Assembly (NCBI GenBank): GCA_017499595.2
Contig: CM039010.1
Coordinates: 1,736,001 to 1,800,000, forward strand
DNA length: 64,000 nt
Reading direction: 5' to 3'
DNA from: Psilocybe cubensis
Taxonomy: Eukaryota
The notes under the pieces are model-generated. The model had not been told where the DNA came from, made no database searches, and saw nothing but the letters and a program-made list of their open reading frames with translations. Below are positions 51,787 to 62,000 of this stretch, in pieces (positions within the stretch are counted from its first letter, which is position 1; each line of letters begins with the position of its first letter). A program made the position numbers and the translations under genes.

Positions 51787-52571
51787 ATGTCTTTTGCCAA
51801 AATTCCTGCCATTTTTTTGATTGTATGGGGGATCAATATCACTACTAGTCCTCCAACTCCAGCAATCCCCCAACACGAAAGGAAAACGAAAGACGGCCCA
51901 CTTGATATTTTTGCTGCTGGCCGTATCTTCAAGGTGAGTCTTGATTTAATTATCACTGCGGAACACTTAGTTTAGTCCGACCCCTTTGAATTCAGGTCGC
52001 GTCATGGGTACATGCTGCAATAGAGTTGGCCATTATATTGGGATCACATCTGTTTCCAAGATCCCGACTAGTCAGGGAGGTCTTCGGCTACCTTTTGCCT
52101 GGTTGCGTGGACGCAAGTAGCAGAATCTTTCTGACGCCGACGACGGCTCTTGCAGCAGTGTTGATGATTGGGGGGAGTTTAATCCGGCAAGAGTGTTACA
52201 AAGAAATGGGGCGACATTTCACCTTTCACGTCACGGTGTTGAAAGACCACAAGCTCATTACCACAGGGCTTTACTCCATCGTGCGGCATCCCGGATACAC
52301 TGGCATCATGATGAACTTTGCTAGCCTTTTCATGTATTACTTTTCGGAAGGGTCGTGGTTGAAGGAGAGGTTTCTGCGATTTGCAGAGGGATCCTCAACG
52401 GGCGCTTCTTCCACATTTGCTGTGATCGCTTTCGTTTTCAGTTGCTTTTGGGCGACGACGATAATGTGCAGGGTTCCAGCGGAGGATAAAATCTTGAAGG
52501 AGCATTTTGGGAAGGAATGGGAGCAGTGGGCGAGTAAAGTACGATATCGATTGATCCCTGGAGTGTATTAG
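51787..52571 (+). CDS. ICMT/Ste14-like methyltransferase, copy 2 (intron 51934-51995)
   Basis: EMGRHFTFHV, HKLITTGLYSIVRHPGY and RVPAEDKILKEHFGKEWEQW...IPGVY. TATATAAA at 51742. Confidence 0.88.
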
Positions 52572-52948
52572 ATAGGCACCTAGAAAGAAGCAGAGACCGT
52601 GCTTTCCAAGGCTAGGAAACATTGGGTGGCAATGCCCATTGGCGAGGAGTTTGACTGTTCATTAGAATAGCGTTGCAAACCATGAATATGGTATATCGGT
52701 TCTCCACTCTTGACAAGTCGCGCTTGAAGGGTCTTATTAGTCGGACAAATGGGTGCGTTTATAACAATGCTTGGAACAGACGACGGTGATAGATCAATGG
52801 TGACGTAGTATCTTCTAAGAAAAGATCAGGATTTGGTTGAGCGAACGTGCACGTAGCATTGGCGTCGTGCTAGTGTCACCAAGCTGCAGCGCGGGCCGAG
52901 ACATCAAGTAGAAAACAAGAGCTTTAGCCATTCAATATACTTCCGAAA

Positions 52949-53061
52949 TTCCAAAGTTATCCCAACTTCATGAAAGTTACTATATAGGGTACCGTCGTAC
53001 CATGTACTACGGACGACGGTGCTCCATATAGCAAGATTTTATGAAGTGCGCAAAATTGGAA
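52949..53061. repeat. ~113-nt imperfect inverted repeat between ICMT-like copies 2 and 3
   Basis: Core ACCGTCGT/ACGACGGT (52991-52998 and 53013-53020), extended by TATAT/ATATA, ACTTCAT/ATGAAGT and TTCCAA/TTGGAA. Confidence 0.7.
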
Positions 53062-53331
53062 CAACAAGAACGTTGTCCAAGTGCGACAATTGAGACTCCC
53101 CGCACCACTAGGGCGACCTTACTGCCATTATCTGGCCATGCAGTATTACGCATCGGGTCAACCAACGTCTTCAAAAAGACACAGGGGCAGATATTTGCCG
53201 TAAGACGGCAATTGACCGACGGACGTTTCAGTTGACTGGCAGTCTGGCGCGGAGGCTAGCCCACATGGTCTGACAGAAATAAATGAGTACATATGTATAA
53301 AAAGGACGAGAATAACACGTTGGGAATTTCA

Positions 53332-54075
53332 ATGTCTTTTGCAAAGCTTCCTGCAATTTTGCTCCTTGGACTAGGGGTTCATGTTAGCTCAAGGCCCCCC
53401 AATCCAACAATAGCTACAGGGGAGAGAAGGTTCAAAGATGGTCCAATTGACGTCCGTTTGTGGATTCTGATCTTTGAGGTACGTTGGCCGTGACATAAAC
53501 TGTAATCGATGATTGACCCGGGCGTGGAGGTTGGGTATTGGACACACGCACTCATCGAGGTAGCGATCATTCTAGGGGCACACTGGTGCCCCGAGTGGGG
53601 CCGATGCAAACAAATTGTGGAGTACTTACTTCCTCATGGACAAGTTTTTCTGTCACCAGCAACAGTGGTAGCGGCCGTGCTTGGGGCAACAGCAGGCGCT
53701 ATCCGATACCAATCCTTCCGGGAATTAGGAAGACATTTTACATATCACATCACGATCATGAAAGACCACAAGCTCATCACGACAGGTCCGTATGCACTGG
53801 TCCGCCACCCAGGGTACATGGGGTGGACCTTTCTGTATCCTGCAATGGCGATATATTACATGGCCCCGGGATCGTGGTTTAGGGAAACTGGAATGTATGC
53901 GCGCAAGGAAGGATGGTTGCTTATCCTTCCCATGTTCATCGCGTCGGTGGCGTTGATGGAGCTGGCAGTACGTAGATCAAACGCAGAGGACGAGTTGCTA
54001 AAGAAAGAGTTTGGGAAAGAATGGGAGAGGTGGGCTGACAGGGTTCGCTACAAATTTGTGCCTGGATTGTATTAG
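53332..54075 (+). CDS. ICMT/Ste14-like methyltransferase, copy 3 (intron 53479-53529)
   Basis: ELGRHFTYHI, HKLITTGPYALVRHPGY and RSNAEDELLKKEFGKEWERW...VPGLY. TATAAAA at 53296. Confidence 0.85.
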
Positions 54076-55215
54076 ACATCACGTGCGCGCGTGTAGACAG
54101 TCGCGTTTAGGTCGCGGCAAGCTGCTCAGCTCACGGCAACTTAGCAAAATTTAGTTCGCATCTTCTAGGCTCGTAAGTAAGTATACACCAGCGTTTTTGA
54201 CACATTGTGTAAACACATAACGCGGTACCTATCTAGAAAAGCGACGAAATTCACAGAAGAGCTGATTCGTCAGGCTACGCATCTTCAGCTGAATCTGAGA
54301 GTTGGCTGGGACTGGGATTGCATCTGCTTCTCAAGTCGCCAGTAACCCCATACTTCTCAAGGCACCCCTTGAAAACCACTGTCGATGAAAGTAGTTGGAT
54401 ATTCCTGATCGCGACAATGGCTGCAGCCGCACCCAAGCACTGGCGGTAATAATGACACTGGAGTGGGAGAAGTTCAATGACGCTATGGTGAGTGCTATTT
54501 TCGGGCAACGGCGATGTTGCGTATGCGGCAGGTTCAGAGGATCATCGATCAAACCTTAAGGAAGCGTTGGGATAATATAGAAGCAGTGGGAAAGTCAGTT
54601 ACGATATAGAATGATACCTGGGGAGCATAAAATAAGTTTGCCAGATAAAAATCAGACAAGGGTTTCGCGCGGTCAAGTCGCCGGAAGATTTCAACTGTGG
54701 ACAAGCAGACAAGTCCTTTGTGGTTATCAGTTTAAAAAACAGGAGTCACAACGAGTAAAACTGAAAACTGAATGTTGTTTTCTTGTTTGTGAGCAAAGTC
54801 TTATCGGTCGAGGGGGCGAGTGTTGGATATGAACAGAGATATGTGTCAGAAAATGGTTGACAGAACTTTGACTTGATAAATACTTTTCTGGAAATGATGC
54901 TAGGATTAAACAAGTAATGAGTTTGTGAAAAGAGGGATAGACACATCTAACAAAGGGTACATACTGGAGTAGTGTCGGGGCTGGTATGTCTCCGAGTTAC
55001 ACTACAGGGTAAATGGAGCATCAGTTAGCAGCTTTCTTCGTAGTTTCACTTGAATAGATCATTCATGTTTGCAGCATCTGATCAAATGACTTTCAAAAGA
55101 GGGTATAAGTCTGATAATCAAGTCATTATTACTCACACAAGCCAGTTATTAGTAGTTCCTGCTAGATATCGAGGCATATAAGAGCGACAAGAGCAGCACA
55201 TTTGGCATCACCGCA

Positions 55216-55959
55216 ATGTCAATCGCAAAGATTCCTGTAATTCTGATCCTTGGGATAGGGCTTCATGTCAGCGCAAGTTCCCCGAATCCAGCAATAATAG
55301 CAAAGGCGGAGAGAAGATTAAGAGACGGTGGAGTTAATATCTTTATGTGGCTTCTAATTGTGAAGGTATGTTGGGTGTAAAGCGGACTGTAATCGATGAT
55401 TGATGGTAGATAGCTTGCATATTGGGCTCACGTATTCATCGAGGTAGTGATCATTCTCGGAGCCCACTGGTGTTCGGAGTCGAGTGCATACAAGCAGATT
55501 GTGGCGTACTTGCTTCCTCATGGGCAAATTTTTCTATCACCAGCCACTGTTATAGCGACTGGGTTTGGGGCGATGGCCGGCGTGATTCGATATGTTTCCT
55601 ACCGGGAATTAGGGAGATGTTTTACATTTCATGTCACGATCCTCAAAGAACACAAGCTCATCACGACAGGACCGTATGGAATGGTTCGCCACCCTGCATA
55701 CCTTGGCTGGATCTTGCTGTATCCCGCGATGGCGATGCACTACACGGCCCCGGGATCGTGGTTGGGCGAAAGTGGGATATATACACGAAAAGAAGCATGG
55801 TTATTCATTTTTCCAGTGCTCACGGCGTGGATAATATTGTTGGGAGTAATGTTAAATAGATTAGAGGCAGAGGACAAGGTGTTGAAGAAAGAGTTTGGGA
55901 AAGAATGGGAGGCGTGGGCAGGCAGGGTTAGGTACAAACTGGTGCCTGGGTTGTATTAG
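55216..55959 (+). CDS. ICMT/Ste14-like methyltransferase, copy 4 (intron 55366-55413)
   Basis: ELGRCFTFHV, HKLITTGPYGMVRHPAY and RLEAEDKVLKKEFGKEWEAW...VPGLY. TATAA at 55177. Confidence 0.88.
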
Positions 55960-56094
55960 TGATCACGTGCTGTTAGGTCGCGAAATGACCTGCCCTAACG
56001 CGTTTTGTTGACTGTCCAAATCGGGAACGGAAGAACAGTAATCGTTTGTGGGGTTAAGTTCTTGTCTAATGCAAGCTCTTCGTTGCGACTAGCA

Positions 56095-59000
56095 ATGTCC
56101 AGCGATCCGTCAGACCTCTGGTCTCCTCCAGAGGGGACCCAAACTTACACAGATACATATTCCAGAAATTCCTATACTTCTCGCTCAGGTATGCGTCTCC
56201 ACCGTACGTTAGCCGCTCATGCTGATACTTTGGTAGACACACAGCGTTTTTCCTCCGACGGCGAGGATTCTACCCGGCACATGCGCCGTGTAGCAGTTTC
56301 TCCTTCTCCTTCTCAACAAAATGATGACGACGATGTGGACGACGACGACGACGACGACGCGTACAGCGATGACAACTCTTTAGACGAAGTCGACGCCACT
56401 CTCAGCAATCTTGATGAAGAACTTGATGATACCGAGCAAGCACTGACCGAATGGTCCCATGGCTACACATCTCCTACTTTCTCCTCTGCCACAGGGACAT
56501 TCACATATACAGGAAGCTACACGGGATCCCCTTCCTTTGTTTCTCTCCCAACCTTTTCCCCTCGCACACCTCCGCAGCATGCTCTTGACCCTAGAGTTCG
56601 TCTCAGCAGAATCACAGAAAGGACAGAAAATTCCCGTCCCACCTCCGCGGCATTTTCGACCGCAAACCGTACTGCTGTTCCGACCCCAGACAATATAAGA
56701 AGGTCTCTGCATCTCGGGAGCAGCGCTCCTTCACATTCACGTTCATCCACCGACCCGAGCTCTGATCGGACCCTGCCTCCCCCAGGACGTCTCAATGAGC
56801 TCAGAGCCGTTTTTGAATCTCAAAGTCCCTCCACGAGTCATACGCGTGCGACATCTACTCCAGGGTACCGTCCTGCTAGTCCCATGTTTGGTACAGGAAC
56901 CGGCCCTTCTCTCACTACGGGACAAACGTATAGCTCGCGTCCTTCTTCTCCATCCAAATCAGCGGCATCTTCGGGATCTTACACTGGGAGCGATGTCCGC
57001 TCGAGCCTCTTATCCCCTCCCAACAGGCCGTTGACTTCCAGCGGATTCAGATCTATGACCCCTGGTGCGACCACCCGAACAGGAACAGGCACTTTCACTG
57101 GTCCAACGCAATCTACATCCCCGAGCATTTTTTCGAATACCAACACTTGGAATAACAATACCAGCGCAGTCACGCCGAATGCTACCTATACCACCCCTAC
57201 TTCCGAGACAAGAAGTTATACTGATACCACCAGGACGTATACCGACACTGGAAGAACTTATACCGATACCGGCAGAACGTATACCGACACTGGAGGGACC
57301 TACACCGGTACTGGAAGGACATATACGGATACTGGAAGGACATATACCGAAACTGGAAGGACATATACTGACACCGAAACCGCTACTCGTACATCTGTGA
57401 CGCCGACATCTGGTTTGCGCCGGCCTCATACCTCCCCTCGATCTCCTCTCGCATCGGTTCGCAATATTGTAGCGCTATGGAAGGAGCGCACGCCTGCTGC
57501 GGGTCGTGCTGATGAAAAGTCGGCTCCTGGGTCTGTGTCCTCGGTCTCGCCTACTGGGGCAGGTGATAATGATGGTGTTCGTCGGCGCCTGGGTAAGGCG
57601 AGCGCCTTGTTAAGAGAGTCGAGGGCGACCAGCAACCCTCCTGTCACTCCAGCAAGACCTGCATCGGAAGATGCGGGTGATAACATGAGTGTTCGCAGTG
57701 GACGAAGTGGAGTATTCCCTCCTGGATTTGATATGACTGAACTTAGTAACTATGCACAAAGCAAGGAACCGGTAAGTTTCACATTTGTGCTCAGCAATCT
57801 TATCAACTGAATGATGCCTCGAATAGCCAATTCATATCGGTCTCCTTTGGTACCTCAATGTACATGCGTCGCCTCCATATCGCTGGCAGAGATGCCAGGC
57901 TCTTTTGTACCCTCACATGCTTCTCCTTTCTTGGCTCGCGCCAGGTGGAGGTCGCGGTATAGTCGCTCTTGATCTTTTGAACTGCACCAGTGTGCAATCG
58001 GCTCCGTCACCTACTCATCCTAGCGCTCGCGACGACGTTGGCACGATGGCCGCAAGGCAACAGAGTGGAGAACCTGCGTCGTTGCCTCTAATGGATATGC
58101 TTGTGCCTTTCCATATGATGTATGCCGACGGAGTTGAGAGGTTAGCTGCTGAGAGCCTCCTTGAAAGGCAAAAATGGGTTAATAGGCTCTGGTAAGCTTT
58201 TTTCTATCTATTTTCATTCTTCAACATTTTCTAATATCTTTTCTTTCCGTGCTGTAGGGAAACTGTCAACAGGCCAATTGCAGCTGTCCCAGATTCAGTG
58301 TCTGTGACCCGCTCTCCGACAGGCTCCATCCGCACCATTATGTCAGTGAACAGCAGCAGCAGCAGCGCCAGTGCCACGAGCAATGGCTCGCGATCGACGT
58401 TCTTTGTTCCTCCTTTGAGCTCTCTTCCAGACATTTCAGATTTCCAATCCCAAACGTCTGGATTGTCAAGGCACTCGTCCATCGTTTCGTCTCATCATAC
58501 TCGCACCGTCGATGACACTGTCATACGTAATCAAGAGTATGTTTACCCCGGCGACCCTCGAGTTATCACTCCAACAAGAGGAAATTCGTTGAGGCGAAGC
58601 AGTTCATTAGCTGATTTGGATGAAGAGTTCAAGTCAGCCCTCGATCGCGCACGAGGACCCGGTGGGCTGTTTGGCTTTGGAGGCTCTCCTGTTACAATCT
58701 CCAGCGGCTCATCGCTGGGCAAAAATGTTTTCGTGACACCACCTCCTACTGTCACCAGGACCAGCGATCGTTCGCGCTCCGACACGGACGAAAACTTCTT
58801 CAGTGCTGGATCGTCTGATGGAGGACGATCTGGTATTTCGTCCACTTACTACTCCCACACGTCGTTGACACGCACACCGCAAACGACTACGGTAACAGGC
58901 ATGAGCGCAGTTTCGCCCAGCCAGCTTATGTCCTCGACGATGACGTCCTCTTTCCGATTGAGCGATTCAGGTTCGTACAGGAGCGGCGACTCTGATGATA

Positions 59001-62000
59001 TTTCTTTTGCGGACTCCCCATCGACTTTGTCGCGCGCGAGAGGCATTAGGAGGAGAGCCGCGGGCACAGCAACATCCAGGTCATACACGTCTGGATACCA
59101 GACAGACGCGTCGCAGTCGCAGTCAGATAAGGAAAATGACAGCGGCTTGGAGAGTGCGAGTGTTGTGAGTGGAAGTGTAAGCGGCAGCGGTTCTCGATCT
59201 AGGACGCCGAGTGGGACTTACACCCCTCGGAGTGTCGGATCGTCGCTTAGCGGAAGTTACAGTGCCGGAAGCTACCTGGACAGCCGCAGCCGCACGCCGA
59301 CGGGCAGCTACACAGGCAGCGAGCGCTCGAGGAGCGAAATTTATTCTGGCAGCGGCAGTTATTCGGGAAGTGGAAGTTACACTCCTGGAAGTGGTGGATA
59401 TACTCCTGGAAGTGGCAGTGGGACGTATACTCTCCAAGATGGGCTTAGTATGGACAGTCCTTCGAGCGGTGATTATGGGGTGCCGGAGTTTGGACATCAC
59501 ACGCCAATCTCGTCGAGCGAGACTGGCTACGATGTTTGTCCTTCTTCTGACCTGTCTGATTTGACGAGGAGGACTATCACGGAGACTATCACTGAGACAC
59601 CTCTGTCGTATGGATCGGACACACTCTCGGAAGTCGCCTCAGAGAAGTTTGTCACAGCGTCGCAAGGGAGCACAGAATATGGTACTGCTCTTGTACCTCC
59701 TCAGTCATCCAGAGCCTCTATTACTTCTTTCGAGTCGTTGCTCACTATTCCTGGGTCGGAGACAGAATATCTTAGCGCTGACTCGGAGTCGACAGAATAT
59801 AAGACGGCTTCTGAGCCAGGCATCGAAACAGAGTACGCGACAGCCTCTGAACCAGAGGTGTCAGAGCGTTCTGTCGAATCAGTTTATGTTACTGCGTATC
59901 CTTACGAAAGTGACGTAGAAAGTATAGCGGAGATCATTCCATCGACGACCAGTTCTCCACTTTCGTCACTTCGCCTGCTTTCATCTGAGCCAAGAGAGGA
60001 TCGCAGTGTGGTAGACATTTCGTCCGACTTGCCGTCGATCAGATCGCCTACACCTTCGACTAGGTCGCCTACACCCACACCACTCGCAAGGTCCCCTTCA
60101 GTTCAGACACAATCTTCGTTGTCTGAACTTCTGCCTGAAGAGATCCCTCTGCCGCCCGATGGACCGCCCACGGAATCTCCTGCAACTGTTACGCCTTCGC
60201 TCCTGTCTGAGTTGCACCCCGAAGAGATACCTCTCCCTCCGGACACGCTGTCAATCTCGTCGCCATCAGTACTTTCAGAGCTGACCCCTGAAGAAATTCC
60301 TCTCCCACCGGATGCACCTTCGGTTTTTTCGCCATCGGTGCTCTCAGAGTTGACTCCTGAGGAAATTCCTTTGCCCCAGTCCGTACCCTCTACGGTTTAT
60401 CCACCTACGCCCCGCGATCTGCCGCCGCTCCCTGTTGAGGTTGAACGTACTCCATCACCTCCTCTTCCGCCTCTTCCTACATCATTAACCCCGACCACAG
60501 TTTCACTCTCAGCGTCGCCGACACCACTTATTGATAGCTCTGTGTCTCAGCCTGACATACCTACTCCGACGTCATTCCAGTTGCCACCACTGAGTGAATC
60601 CACAAGGCCTGAGGAACAAAGTGAGGAAGATGCCTTGGAGGAAGAGTCTGTTAGCTTGAGCTTGTTGTCGTCGCTTCCTCCGTCGACTTTGGGCTCGACA
60701 TCTGTCATGACTCCGACTTCGATTGCGCTGGTCTCACCATCCACCGCCTCACCTATCCCGCCATCAACACCGCTCGTTATACCGCCAACCCCTGCCAGGA
60801 GTCCGTCAATAACCCAGTCGACGATATCGAGCTCAGGAGGGTTGTCATCATTTACTCAAACGTCATCGTCGTTAATGCCTCCTAGCCCTCTACCTTGGGC
60901 AACTGCGACGGACGTCTCGTACGAGTCATCAATTCTGGCCCCATCGCCATCCATCCGCTCTTTGGCATTGAACGATGAACCTGATTTGTCGTTTGAGACG
61001 TCTATTTTCAGGCCAAGTGGGTATTCTTCGTCGAGTGATCGTATGAGTACTATTCCACCTTCTGTGTTTGCGCCAACGACGGCTCCTCATTCGCCTTTGC
61101 CTCCTTTGACTCCGGTTCCGGCTCTACCACCCTCAATTTCGTCTGGGACTGATGCGCTCACGCCATCGAGCCTCATGTTCAGCTCCGAATCGTCGAGTAG
61201 CTTAGGGCGTACTTCGTCGATTTTGTCGTCGATTTCGTACGACTCTCAGTCTTCTCTGAGCTCCTCGATATTCGATTCTCGTTCTGAAATTGAGGAGCCC
61301 GAGTTTGAGCAACCAGAACCTGAGATTGAGCCTGCGCCTGAGCCAGTGCCAGAGATCGAGTCAGACTCTGAACCGGAATCTGAACCTGTGCCAGAGCCGA
61401 TACCTGAACAGGTGCCAGCGCCAGCTTCGGAACCATCGACAGTTCCTTCTCTGCTCAGCACACCTAGGCCATCTTCGGTGAGTTTTTTCTTTCTTTTATC
61501 TTTTTTATCTTCAATTAATATCATTTAAATGCAGCCTTCGTTGCCTTCTTCGCATATCAGTTCCATGCCTACTCCGGAAGGCTCTTTGATTGTCAGCTTT
61601 ACAACACCTCATGGTAGTGGAGATACAGAACAGTCGAGTCTTCGAACCGTACCCACCATATCGACTGCGACGGAACGCGACCTTTCTCGTGACATTGACC
61701 GACTTGCTGACGAGCTTCGTACTTATGATCATGCAAGAGGCTTGGAGAACCAAGACATCGCAGATAATGTTAGGGCACTAAGGGATGAATTGCGCGATTT
61801 AGCCGACTTTCTTCAGAGGCCACAAACCCCTCGAACACCTCCTGCTCCAGTTATCGTGCAAGCACCGGCACCATATGTTGTTGTGGGCCCCCCTCCCCCT
61901 GTACCTGCGACGCCAACTTACTTGGAGCCTCCCGCACAGGAGACCCCTCGTCGAGGTGTCCAGCTTATGGATCGGCCTGTGGGTGGTAGCAGCGTTATAT

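Noticed and set aside
45873..55959. GH127-like gene plus methyltransferases as a secondary-metabolite cluster
   Set aside because: No backbone synthase, transporter or pathway regulator in the window. Adjacency alone is insufficient.
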